A DNA stretch of 64,000 bases from Macrostomum hystrix (Eukaryota > Animalia > Platyhelminthes). The stretch spans positions 16,182,001 to 16,246,000 of the forward strand of contig CATNEN010000038.1 of the NCBI GenBank assembly GCA_950097015.1. The letters run 5' to 3'. The notes beneath the pieces are model-generated. The model worked only from the letters and a program-made list of their open reading frames with translations, was not told the DNA's origin and made no database searches. Numbering within the stretch: the first letter of the stretch is position 1; the number at the start of each line of letters is the position of its first letter. Shown here in pieces: positions 1-12,519 of the stretch. The translations under genes and the position numbers were made by a program.

Positions 1-245
1 GAGTTGGCCCTGCCACTGCCTGACCCAGTAGCATTGCTGAGTCGATCATTTGATTGAACCCTAGGCAATAGCAGCCGCTGCATTTTTGCGTCTAAAGAAT
101 CCAATTCAAATGAGTCGGCATTGTTCCTATTCAATGCGCCAGCCTGATGCCTCCGATCTGATATTGTGTACCAGAGAGACAGGGCAAACCACAGCATACT
201 CAAGCAGGCCAGAGATTTGATTAACTTGCCAGCTGATATGCGCAT
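1..245 (-). CDS. First coding exon (runs off the window) of a type II membrane protein, Golgi glycosyltransferase-like topology
   Basis: Minus-strand ATG at 245 opens MRISAGKLIKSLACLSMLWFALSLWYTISDRRHQ... with no stop to the edge. Short basic N-tail, hydrophobic anchor, polar stem. A TTCCAG acceptor lies 8 nt upstream of the ATG. No catalytic domain is visible. Confidence 0.5.
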   Translation of the reverse strand, partial: MRISAGKLIKSLACLSMLWFALSLWYTISDRRHQAGALNRNNADSFELDSLDAKMQRLLLPRVQSNDRLSNATGSGSGRAN

Positions 246-954
246 ATTTGCAACTGGAATTTTTTGACACTATACATTAGAAATGCTTTTTAAAGGTCTA
301 AACTATCATAAAAATACAGTGAAACAAAACTTTCCAAAAGCAAACTTAACGAATTATTTTGTATTTACTATAGTTGCATCAAGCATCATATACAAATACA
401 AGCATACAATGATTCAGATAAAATCATGTGTAGAATTAAGGATAATTAATCTGTGCCAACAAAACTGAAGTGCAATCAGTGAGCTTTGATGTCTTTCTAT
501 TACTAGGCTGAGTTAGCTCAGCTCAAATCATAGCTAATATGTTCATAACATTTTAATAGTAAAATTTCAGTTTTTTCTACCTTTTGAGTTTATTCATTGC
601 CTCATATCAGAATCATCAATAAAATATTACTTACTCAATTTAGTAGGTTAACTGCCATTTAGCCTATATTTCTGTAGCTAGAACTAAATTTACTCCTCAG
701 TTGGTCACTTATAAAATGTTTACTGCAGTGTAAGATTACACCAAAATCACATAGTTTACAAAATAAACTTTAGTTCGGCTTTCATACATGTACAATTGCA
801 AAAAACACATTAGCAATACAACTTGACTTTGGCCACTAATGTGAATTGATTTACTTTTGCAAGTTACCACAATTAGAATTTTTATACACACATTGATCCT
901 GCAAATATATTTTTTCTCTGCATTTTTGTACCTTATTAGCAGGTTGTTGTGCAG

Positions 955-3246
955 TGTCAAAGCAGCCCGGCCCTAACGGCTTTCTCTCTTCTTCTTCTGT
1001 CTATGGTCCCGTTAAGCTAAGCTTCGCCTCAACTGTTGCACCCCTTTTACCCCCCCCAAGCTAAACGTAAGAGTGACTACACGGCTTATTCGCACGCGCG
1101 GCTTTAACCCAAATACACTCGTTATATTCGCTATAAGAAGCTTCCTTTGAGTCTTGACAATGGCGTCGCGGCTTGGCGACCTTTTTCTCGGCGATGCCGA
1201 CCGTGCACTGATGTGGCTCAAGGCCTTCAATGCTCTGGCCCGCGCCAAGAAGTGGACCGACTCGACCGAATCCCGACAAGTCGCAGACAATTTTTTGGCA
1301 TCCTGCGGACTGCCTGCTTTGGAGAAGCTGACTCATCTCGTCGCTCCGAAGGAGATCGACAAGCTGACCTTCCAAGAGATCGAGACAGCCCTGGTGTCCT
1401 ACTTACAACCTCAGAAGCGCCTCATTGTCGCCGAAAGAACCGACTTTTTCTCAATTCGTCAGAAAGCTGCTGAGCCGATAGCAGACTATTTAGCTCGCAT
1501 GAGGAAAGCAGCAACGCACTGCGCCTTTGACTCTCTGAAGGACTGCGCCAGTCCCGCAGAGGAGCTGGTGCGGCTTACTCTCATTTCTGGACTGTACAAC
1601 CCTGAGCATCAACGGCGCATTCTCGGTGCAATGCAAACCAAGGATCAGACAATCTCGGAGATTGTTGACCTCATTCGAAGTTGTGAACAGATCAACACGT
1701 TTGTTCAAACCTGTAACTCGGTGCCCCCGGTAGGCCCGGCTGGCCCATTGTCGCCGCCAGCCCAACATAATGCGGCCACTGACGAATCGGTGCACTACTC
1801 CAAAGGTGGACGGCCAACTTCCAATGGTCAGCGCATCGAGGGCTGCAAGTACTGTGGCGGATCCCATCACGCAGGCAAGTGCCCGGCATATGGCAAGACC
1901 TGTTCCAAGTGCTCCAAGCGCAACCACTTTGCTGCCGTATGCCGCTCTGCTCTGACTAGCAAATCCGTACATCACGCGGATGTTCCATCCGATGCATCGA
2001 TGACGCCCGAGCCCTCGAAGATCCTGCATCTTATGGACGTTGATCTGGTCAACGCAATCGAAGTTGCATCTGAGACACTTCTTGTAGACGGCGCCAAGGT
2101 ACCAATGCAAGTGGATACCGGTGCATCCGTCTCCGTGCTTTCTAGCACAATCTGGGAGTCTCTGGGCAGGCCCCCACTGCAAAAGAGTCACCGACGCCTC
2201 GAGGCCTACGACGGCCACACCCTAAAGACTCTCGGCAAGCTGTGCTCTACCGTCGAGATGCGGGGTAGGTTACACCCCGCCGAATTCGTCGTGGTTTCGT
2301 CTTTGAAGCCGTTCGGCCTCCTTGGCCGTGATCTTTTAGATTCCGACTCTCTCTTTCACACCAACTCTCAAGCTCCGAGCCCCACAGTTGCAGCTACAAC
2401 GCTGCCCACCATCAAGGGCATCAAGGCACAGATGGAGCTGGTTGAAGGCGCTCGATACCAGTTCTGCCGTGCTCGTCCGGTTCCAATCGCACTAGAGAAG
2501 CAAGTCAACGCAGAGTTGGACCGGCTGCAGCAGCTTGGCATCATCGAGCCTGTGGAGGGTCCTGTGAGCAACGCTTCTCCGGTCGTCTGGATCAAGAAGG
2601 ACGGGACGTTGCGCATGTGCGCCGATTACAAGGTCCATGTGAACGACAAAATAAAGCCAGAGTCATACCCTATTCCAAGCATCGAGCACCTCTTTGGCAA
2701 GTTAAAGAATACCAAGAAGTTTGCCAAGATTGATCTGAGGTCGGCTTACTGGCAGATCGAGCTGGACAAATCCGCCCAAGGCATCTCTATCATCAATACC
2801 TCGCGAGGCCTATACCGCGTCAAACGCCTTCAGATGGGCATGAAAAACGCTTCATTCATTTTTCAACGCACAATGGAGAGCATCCTCTCCGACTTGAAGG
2901 GACTACTGATCTATCAAGACGACATCATGGTCTATGCTGAGAACGTTGAAGCACTCCAGAAGCGTCTGAAAGCAGTCAAAACGCGCCTGGCCGAAAAAAA
3001 GGTAACGGTCAATGAAGACAAATGTACAGGCATTTGCGATAACGATTTCATATCCGGCCCTAACGGCTTTCTCTCTTCTTCTTCTGTCTATGGTCCCGTT
3101 AAGCTAAGCTTCGCCTCAACTGTTGCACCCCTTTTACCCCCCCCAAGCTAAACGTAAGAGTGACTACACGGCTTATTCGCACGCGCGGCTTTAACCCAAA
3201 TACACTCGTTATATTCGCTATAAGAAGCTTCCTTTGAGTCTTGACA
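955..3246 (+). mobile_element. Ty3/gypsy (Mag-like) LTR retrotransposon, internally deleted (no RNase H or integrase)
   Basis: 5' LTR 955-1159 (TGTCAA...TTGACA). Near-identical 3' LTR copy ~3054-3246 lacks the first ~12 bp. A gag-PR-RT ORF lies between them. No clean TSD found. Confidence 0.9.
1160..3151 (+). pseudogene. Truncated gag-pol (gag with two Zn knuckles, aspartic protease, RT) reading into the 3' LTR
   Basis: CKYCGGSHHAGKC and CSKCSKRNHFAAVC knuckles, VDTGAS protease, LRMCADYK and YQDD RT motifs. Homology stops after NEDKC. Confidence 0.85.
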
Positions 3247-3273
3247 CAGGTAAAGGGAAATAGCAGATATAGT

Positions 3274-4114
3274 GGGTAATTCCATGAGAAGGTCATGAAT
3301 GGGTCATAATTTTTTGCTTTATTTCTAAAAGTTTATATTTCTATTTGTATATAATTTTAAACATATTTATCTACCTCCTCTATTTAGGTTTATATTTTTT
3401 GTTTTGATCATAGTACCCCTACAATCATTTCAATGTTCCACAGGACATTACAAAAATTGAATCTAGTTTTCATTAAGGAACTAACTAGTCTTAAATTTAA
3501 CTCAGAGAATAAATATAAAAATAGCTTAACTTTATTGTATCTAAAAACTGAAATAAAAAAGTTTTATGACCTAACATATTTCTTTTTATCATAACTTTTG
3601 ATTTGAAAAGTTTAGGCTTTGCTTTTTTAAAGTTAAAAAAACGACCATCATTTTTTATGAAAAGTTGTTATACCAAGTTTAAAAGGCTTGTGAAGTGATT
3701 TTTTGCTAAACTATTTTCTTAGCCTATATCTATGTTAAATTGTCATTTTTGTTAGCATGTGATAAGTTTAATATGCACGTTTTAAACAGTACAGTATTAA
3801 ACAGTATTAAACAGTAATAAACAGTTGTTTATAACTGTTTATCTAGATATTGTTTACTACAACAAAAAATTGATTGAGACAAAATTTACGTAGAAAATTT
3901 AAATATCAACTTTCACCAAAAACGACCATCATTGAAAGTGTCTGTCTGCTAAATTAACACAGTAAATAAAAATTCTTTAAAATGTTCATTATCTTAATCT
4001 AGAGGTCACACCCATCAATAAAGAACATACAAAGTCTCGAGTTAGTTTGTCTTTGGTACAAATAATGATTATTATGTACACCAACACAATGACCGTCATC
4101 TCATGGAATTAGCC
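3274..4114. mobile_element. Degenerate non-autonomous DNA transposon (TIR-bounded, AT-rich)
   Basis: GGGTAATTCCATGAGA at 3274 and the inverted TCTCATGGAATTAGCC ending at 4114 (1 mismatch). No ORF, no clear TSD. Confidence 0.45.
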
Positions 4115-6817
4115 AAGCATTGATGGATCTCTTATATAGACCTACTCGTAATAGAGAATTGATCTAGGAAAAATGAGCTGTTGGTCTTCAAAAACACATT
4201 TGTGCATTTTATTTCTACAGATTCTAAATTCTTTCTGTAATCCAGTTTTTTTAAAATTCCAATAGAGCTCTAGCTATCATATTTAGCAGGCTTAACTTCA
4301 GGTGCATGGTCATTACATCTGCTGCCTTTTGATCTGCCAGCAGATAACATGACTATTTTGAAAGAGGATGAGAACTGTAAGAACAAATTATTCTAAAACA
4401 TTTCTTTTATTACAGAAAGTATATTTATGATTATGTTTATATAATTTTATTAAACATTTAATTTTTGTTTTTTAGCACCGTTCATAGAAATATTATCAGC
4501 ATTTTGAAGCAGTCTTTTGAGAAGAATATTTCAGTCTTCATGGCTTTAGCTTTCATGGATGATTCTGTTGTTTGCTATGCTTTCATTACAGCCAGGCAGC
4601 ATGCCCTTCAGTGTGACAGATGCAACCATTGGCAATGTTTGGAAATGGAAATGTTTGTTTCTGGATTTGTGTATTTACAGGATACTATTTTGGCCTGTTC
4701 GAGTCCCACCTTAGCAAGTACCTCTGGCGGCGCACCTATCTGGAGAAGACTTTCGGCAACTTTCTCTACTGGGTTGCCCATTATTATGGTGTTTAATATG
4801 GTAACGTGACTGCTGACTACTAGGGACTGACCTGTTTTACTTTGCTTTTTCTCATTTTTAAAACTCAAAACAATTTAATGCCGGAAACTAGGACACTGCC
4901 AACATATTTTATATGGTTGTAATAATATTATATTTAGTAGGTTTGTTTTTATTTGCATATTTGTTTATGTATTGGCACTGTAATATATATTGATGTAGAT
5001 TAAATATACAAAAATTGAAAATCCTTGACTTTTTCTTTGTATATATTATGTTTTAATATGTGTAATTTGCATAAATTTGCGTAAATTTGTTAATAGTTTG
5101 TTTTAATGTGAAAATAGGTTGTTTGAATGCACTGTAATTATTTTGTTTGAAACGATACAAAGTTAGTATAAATACAGGAGCGAAATCAAGGGAGAAACTA
5201 ACCTTGTTTGATACAGTTTGAAACAAAGTTCATATACAATACTCAGAATTGTGTTGTTTTATTCTTTCTAAAACATACAGAGACAACTACTAAGAAAGAT
5301 TCAAGAGAGAAATAGAAAGTATTCCTGTACACTTGAGATCATTGGTAACACTCTTTGGAAAGCCTATACCCAGAAATACATACATACGATAAAGTAATCT
5401 GCCAGAATAACTAAACATGCTACCTAGACTAACTAAATGTGATACTCAGAATAACTAAATACAACAATCAGAATAACTAAATACAGTACCAGACTAAATA
5501 TGCCACCAAGAAACTTTTTAAAATACGATTATATATAAAAATAAAATACATTCTCTGGGACTAATTCTAAGAAAATATTGAAACTACTTGGACATTATAT
5601 TCAAATTATATTCTGACCTCTGTAAAACAAGTTTCATAGAATATTAACAATTAGAAATACAACAACATTGTGAAAGTAAAGTTAGAATATTAATTGGCAC
5701 TAGGCCTAGGACAACATTGGTAACAACAGTAGGATTTTCTGATATATAGGCCTATATTATCTAATTATCCCTAGCACAACTTTGGTGGCATTCAGTGGGA
5801 TATTAAATATTATAAAATAGCCATAGAACAGGGGCTGGCAACCTCCGGCCCGCGGGCCAGATCCGGCCCCCAAAGCCACTCTATCCGGCCCCCGGGCCCC
5901 TTGCAAACCCAGTATTACAATCCGGCCCGCGTAAGACCTATGAATGTCGACCTAAAAAATTGGCAGTTTTACCAGTTGCACACAATCCCAAGGCTGAGAT
6001 GGATTAGAGGGGAGGTGTTGATGGGCAGAAGGCTCCATTTAGTGAAGAGTTTCTCTCTACCCCTGTCTCATGGTTCCTAGAAGAGCGGACGGGTCTTAAT
6101 GGATTCTGATTTGAATGTACAATTGTACATTGCCCTTAGCAAGTCATTCTTTTCATGGCTGCACACCCCTCCAACTCGTAGTCGGCAATGTACACTGTTT
6201 TCCTCACCCCAGGGGCCAGGGGACTCCATGTGTGACCCCTCAGGCTCAGACTGCCTTGGGATTGGGATAACTAGGAGCTCAGCAGGAATACAAGTGCCCA
6301 GTGCGATATTTGGACTTGTTTGTCACTGTACACTTGTCTTCGATGAAACTGTCCCCCTTTACTTTGCCTTTAAGAGAATTTTAATAGATTACTATAGATT
6401 CGATTTAGTACCTAATAAATAGATTTAATACCTACTGCATGTGGCTATAGGCTTTGTAAGGCACATCATGTCAAACTGCAACAAGCCACTGGAATGTAAG
6501 AAAAGAAAGTTCGACCTTGAGAAGCGTGCTTTCAACCCTACATGGACGCTACGGTACTTTTTTGTGGAAAGGCATGGTAAAGCACAGTGCCTAATCTGCC
6601 TAGCAACAGTGTCTGTCTTCAAAGATAGCAACATCCGACGGCACTGAGAGACTTCTCACAGCTCATCAAAGTACGTTAGCATGGATGACGCGTCTTGTCA
6701 GACTGTAGTTTCCCAACTGACCAGTCAGCTGTCGATGCAGACTGTGGCCCTCTTCCAGAAGCAAAATTCTGCCAATGAGTCAGTTACTCGCGCTAGCTTT
6801 GAAGTTGGGCTGCTCAT

Positions 6818-9800
6818 CAGTGTTGCCACTTGTGGCGTTTTTTAACGCTGGGTTTTTTTTTGGCGTTAGGCGTTTTTTCTCTCCAAATTCTCACTTTCTG
6901 GCGTTTTTTCTTGAATGGTTCATTGATCCTTGTAATATTTTTGTACTGCACTCAAATAACAGTAATGCTAATAATAAACACTGTACAAAATACAATTTAA
7001 AGAACTCGCTTTTGCTTTCCTGCTTAGTAACATTTAGAAACCACTAAAAATACCCCACAGAATTGCCCTTGAACCCACAGAACCGCCCTCAACACCACAG
7101 AATCGCCCTCACCCAATACCATAGGTTATTATTAGCATACCTGACATTGCCATTTTAACTTAAGTATTTTCATATGCATTTCAATCATAAGCTGATTTTA
7201 AACTCCAGACAACAACAACAAAGAATAATTTCTGTGAGCATGAGCACTGCGTCGAACGATTCAAAGCGAACTCGGCTAACAACTTTCGACGCTGCTTGGA
7301 TTGTTTCCCTAGAAGCAGAGAAATGGTTGACGAAGGGTAAAGTCAATACAGACGCGTTCTGCCTTTTCTGTGATAGACCGATACATGTTGGAAGCGGTGG
7401 AATTTCCGCCATCAAACAGCACATGAAAGCAAAAATTCACGAAGCAAATGCAGCTACAGCACTGCAGCAGAAGCAGAAGTCAATCGCATCCTTCTGCACT
7501 AAACAGAAAGATCCACCAGCTAGTAGTAGCGATGACAAGTCAATCAAAACGACTGCAGCCGAAATTCGCTGGGTGTGGAACTCGGCATACAAATCGAAGA
7601 GCTTTAACACGGAGGACGACAGCCCTGATTTATTCCAAGCCATGTTTTCGGATTCTAAAATCGCTGCAAGCTTTTCTTGTGCCCGCACCAAGCAGGCCTA
7701 CTTGCTGTCATTCGCAATTGTTCCTTTTGTGCAGCAAAAAATAACTGAGTCGATTGTGGGTGTGGATGCACTAGAATCGTCATTCGGCTTTTACTCCATC
7801 AGCTATGATGAGAGTGACAGTCTTATGATGATTTGCGTACATTATCTTAATTCTGAGGGCAGTGTTGTGGTCGAGATGCTCAACCAACTTCCTCTGGAAG
7901 GCCACGACGCTGCTTCATGTGCGCAACTAATTCGACAGTGCGTTTTGGACAGCAAGCTCCCTTTATCGAAATGGATTGGAAATTTTTCCGATGGTTGCAG
8001 CGTGATGGTTGGCGAACACGCCGGGGTGTCTGCAATCTTGCGTCAAACTCCTGAGCTCAAACATCTACTTGACATAGGTAGCTGCACACTGCACATTGTT
8101 GCCAACGCATTTCGAAAGGCTTCAGACTGTCATCTTTCTGAAGTGTCTGACCTTGCTGACGACATTTTTGCCTGCTTCAGCAGAAGCATTACTCGTCGAA
8201 AGGAATTCAAGGCCCTGCAAGAACAAATTGGCATGGCACAGCTTTCCTTCAAGCGGAACGTGGAGTTACAATGGCTCATTCTCCTTCCCTGCTTGGAGCG
8301 CATAGAGGAGCAGTGGGTTCCTCTATCTCTCTTCCTTTCGCAATCTGACGACAATTCTGACCGCATGCGAAGACTCCGAGCTGCCATCCAAAACCCGGAC
8401 ACACTGGTTTGCGTCCAATTTATGATCCACGCTCTAAAGCTTGCAAGCCGCTTTGAGAAACTGCTCAAAGAAAGCTGTACAGTCCTAATTCACCGGCTGC
8501 ATCCGGAGATGACCGCCTTGCTTGAAGCCATTGCCATCCAGTTTATACAACCATCTGCCTTTGAGAAGAAGTCGGTTGCATTCGCCGACTTTAAAGATCA
8601 AAGTCTGCATTTACCCATGACAAAGATTGTAATTGGCCAGCAAGCTACTCTGCCTGATCGGCAAAAGCCGCTACTTTTTCGCTTTAAGCAGTTTTACCTA
8701 GCGGTGGCAACCTACTTGCAGGAGAAGCTGCCGCTCAAGAAGAAAGTTCTGCGCTGCATGAAGTTTCTGGACTTCACAACTGAAGTGGATGAAGAGGCTG
8801 TGCTGTTCGTTGCTAAAAAGCTTCCTCTAGTCATTCCAGCTAGTGACATTAGTAGCCTCCAAACTGAGGTTAGGCTATTAAATCTGCGAACCAACGCCGG
8901 CGATCTCCTTTTGCCTGACAATCACGACATTGCTGGTGGTTGGAGGAAGGCTGCCAAGACTGGTCAATACCCGCTTTTATCGCGTCTTGCTTCTGCATGC
9001 TGCACCCTGTTTCATGGAAACGCAGATGCAGAGCGGTTCATCAGAAAGTCCCATGACGCTAGCGCCAATCCAAAGCGAAATTGACTCTCGGACGAAAAGC
9101 TCCGAGACTCACTTTTAGCTCGCAGCTTTTTATGCTCGTAGCCTTAAACCAAAAAACGTGCCGATTCCTGATGAACTAATCCAGGCCGCTTTAAAGGCGA
9201 GTTCCGAGTACAAGCAGCGAATGGCTGCTGAAAAAAAGGCAAGTGAACTGGCAGCAATTAAAAAGGCAGCTGAAGCAGAACAAGAGAAGTTGCGCCGAGA
9301 AGCTGAGAAGGTAAAAACATTCTGTGAAAACATTAATTACTTTTCATAATTAATTTATATTACTGTATTTAATTCAATATTTCCTGCAACATTATAGAAC
9401 GCTGAGCGAAAAGATGCACTCGAACGCCTCGCTCAGGAACAGAGCCAGCAGGTCGCGAAAAAAGCAGAGACTACGGCAAAGTGCATTGAAGCCGAGCAAG
9501 ACGTTCAAATTGCGATTGACAGGCTGCGCAAAGCACAGGGAGAAGATACGGCCGTTTCTGTTCGGCTGTCACAATTTGAGTCTGAGCGGCTTGTCATTGA
9601 ACAGCGTGCAATGGACCAAGTCGTTCAGTGCACAGCCGAGGAAGCAGCAAGGCTGAAGCGACAAGCGGAGAACGCTGCTCTTGCACGCCTTCCCCATGTG
9701 CCTAAGAAGAAGAAAAACTAATTATTATAATTTTTGCTCGAAATTTGCTAACAAGTAACTACTGGTTTTTTGTCTTTGACATTTTTGGAATGAGTGCCGC

Positions 9801-9971
9801 TGTGTCAGAAGTCACCAGACACAATATATGTGCAATAGATACAATATAAGTACAATATTCGAATCCGGTAACAGTGATACGGCTAGCAAGGAAGTCCTTT
9901 TTATGAGAAAAAAAGTTGGCGTTATTTTTTTTGGCCTGCGTTTTTTTCGAAATCAGTCAGTGGCAACACTG
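6818..9971 (+). mobile_element. Nested hAT-superfamily DNA transposon
   Basis: 13-bp TIR CAGTGTTGCCACT at both ends. Perfect 8-bp TSD CTGCTCAT at 6810-6817 and 9972-9979. Confidence 0.93.
7240..9721 (+). pseudogene. hAT-type DDE transposase of the inner element with a spliced coiled-coil C-terminus; damaged by a stop and a frameshift
   Basis: BED-like CLFC...H..H, SYDES, FSDGCSVM, CTLH, NADAERF motifs. TGA at 9082-9084, frameshift near 9128, intron 9311-9397, final exon ends PKKKKN* at 9721. Confidence 0.75.
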
Positions 9972-12089
9972 CTGCTCATTGCTCAGCGGATGAAGCCGTT
10001 CACTGACGGCGACTTCATCAAAGATTGCCTTCTGGCTGTTGTTGATGCTGTATGGCCTGCCCAATGCTCCATCTTTTCTTCTGTCAGCCTCTCTGCCCAT
10101 ACCATGGGCCGACGGATCGAGATGTCCACCGATGTCTGCTCAAATTTCCGTGACCACTGCAGCCATTTTGAGGTTTTCTCCATTGCAATTGATGAGTCAA
10201 CAGATACCAAGGACACCTCCCAGCTCGATGTCTTCGTCCGTGGAGTGACTGCTGACCTTGCTGTGACAGAGGAGTTACTGCAGTTGGTTCCAATGCATGG
10301 GACAACAACAGGCAAGGACATATGTGAGTCCACCATGGCTTGTCTTGAAACTGCCGGACTGAACCTGACGAGGCTGTGTTCCATAACAACTGACGGAGCC
10401 CCTGCCATGGTTGGAGAAGTCAGAGGTGCCACTTCTCTCCTCGCCAGGAAGTGCATTGAGGCTGGCAACAGTCACGACATTTGGAAGCTGCACTGCATAA
10501 TTCATCAGAAAGCTCTCTGTGCCAAGGCAGCTACTCTGACAGATGTCATGTCCGTTGTCGTGAAGGTGGTTAACAGCATCCTGGGCAAAAGCTTGAACCA
10601 CCGTCAGTTCCAAGTGCTCCTGGAAGAGGCTGAGGCAGAATACGGTGACCTGCTGTACTTCTGCAAGGTTTGCTGGCTTTCCCGCGGAAACATGCTGGCT
10701 CGCGTCTGGGACCTGAGGGCGGAGATAGAGGCCTTCCTCTCATCTAAGTGGATGCAATTCGCCGAAAAGTTTGGTGACCCTGCCTGGCTCGCCAAGTTGG
10801 CTCTCCTCACTGATTTGACCGAGCATCTGAATGACCTGAACCACAAACTGCAAGGGAAGGACGCCCTCATCACAGATGTCTTTGCTTCAATCACTGCATT
10901 CGAGGTGAAGCTGCGACTGTGGGAGAGCCAGCTGATGGATTGTCAACAACAGCACTTCTCACGCCTGTCAACTATAGCTGAGGATGCTGTGGACTATGCA
11001 GCAGCTGTTGACATTATCTCTACCCTGCAGGAGCAGTTCAAAACCAGGTTTGAGGGCTTAAGAGAGTGCACAGCAGACTTCAAAATCCTCACTTCACCTT
11101 TCACTTTGGTCGTGGACAACCTCCTGGGCTCCATCCAGATGGAGGTGGTGGAACTCCAATGCAATGATGAGCTACGGAGCAAGTTTGCTGCTACGTCACC
11201 TCTTGCTTTCTTCAGAGAGCACCTCGATGCCAAGCTGTTCCCTGCTATGTCGGCACATGTCAGGCGAGTGGTTTCAATGTTCGGGAGCACGTACTGTTGC
11301 GAGCAGGTGTTCTCTCACATGAAGTATACCAAGAGCCGGCTCTGCTCACAGATGTCTGACCAGCATCTGAATGATGTTCTGCGCCTGTCCTGCACTGCTT
11401 TCAAACCAAACATTGCAAAGTTGTGCAGCGGTCATCAGCACCAGACTTCACACTGACAATGTGGCAACTGCAAGTTAATTAACTGTTACATTTCAAATCT
11501 GCTTATAAGCTTTTGTGCTCTGTACTCCGGTGGTGTTTGTAGTAAAAATTCCCTCCTTGCTCTGCAATTAGTCTCCGTACTCAACATTTGACTCTCATCT
11601 GTTTGTCCCTCTGTTATATAATATCTGTCATGTAACCAGCACAAAATTTTTATTTTGCACTGGTATTTATCTTGTTGTGTCTGTGTTTTGCTATTCTCGC
11701 AAATTTTCTTTAAAGCATAAAGGACTTGATAAGCAAATTTGATTCAATGATCCTCAGTCGTTCAGAGACGACTGCTTTCTTTTCTTTCAGGGTTGAAATG
11801 CCAATAGGCCTACTCCAAGGACTTTTGCATAAGTGCTCATTAAGAATTTTTCTATTTGAGTGCAAGGCGATTGTGTCTGCTCTAAGCTGTGAAGCGAAAC
11901 ACCAAATATATGCATATTCTGTAATTTTAAACTATAAATGTTGATAAACAAAAAATATACCACAGTTACTAGTGCTCTTTACTATCACACTTACAACACT
12001 GGCCCTCAGCCACCCGCTGAATTCTTAATCTGGCCCGCAAAGTAAAAAGGTTGCCGACCCCTGCCTTAGAACAATATATACATTTATTA

Positions 12090-12519
12090 GATCCTAGACA
12101 CTTCGTTGTCTTTCAACTTCGTCATCTTACAACTTCGTCATCCACTTGGAAGGTAGGACACTTCATCATCCAGCCAATTAGCATGCTTAAAAGTTTGGTC
12201 AGTTCGTCATCTACTATTAACAAGCAGTCTAGTTCGTCATCAATAAAGTGAGGGTGGGGTGGTGGGGCAGGGGTGTGAACACACTTCAAAAGAGGTGTCA
12301 AAACTGATTTCATTATAAGAGTTGAAAGATAGGTGCCAACACGATGTGAGGAGGGCTGGGGAGGGGTGGCTCTGTTCTAACTTTGAAAACTTTTGTTTTA
12401 TAGATGACGAAGTGTCCACAAAACACAAGTCTAAGTCTCTTTGTCATCCACCCTCTGAGATATTGGACAGATCGTCATCTGGATGACGAAGTTGTAAGAT
12501 GACAAAGTGTCCAGGTACC
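12090..12519. mobile_element. MULE/Mutator-like MITE
   Basis: Long imperfect inverted ends with ACTTCGTCATC subrepeats. 9-bp TSD CATTTATTA at 12081-12089 and 12520-12528. Confidence 0.7.

Larger units (their letters stand above)
6468..11456 (+). pseudogene. GTF2IRD2/SPIN-type hAT transposase of the outer element, split into 6468-6817 and 9980-11456
   Basis: BED finger CLIC...RH*ETSH with a premature TGA at 6645-6647. Removing the insert restores ASFEVGLLIAQRMKPFTDGDFIK. Also IDESTD, TTDGAPAM, HCIIH and FGSTYCCEQVFS motifs. Confidence 0.88.
5829..12063 (+). mobile_element. hAT (Buster/SPIN, GTF2IRD2-like) DNA transposon, interrupted by a second hAT
   Basis: TIRs CAGGGGCTGGCAACCT / AGGTTGCCGACCCCTG, GGCCC subterminal motifs, 8-bp TSD CCATAGAA / CCTTAGAA with central TA. 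Confidence 0.92.

Noticed and set aside
4465-4809. ARQHALQCDRCNHWQ, resembling a PHD-finger fragment of a transposon
   Set aside because: Only a partial motif, with no supporting transposase or element ends; too weak to call.
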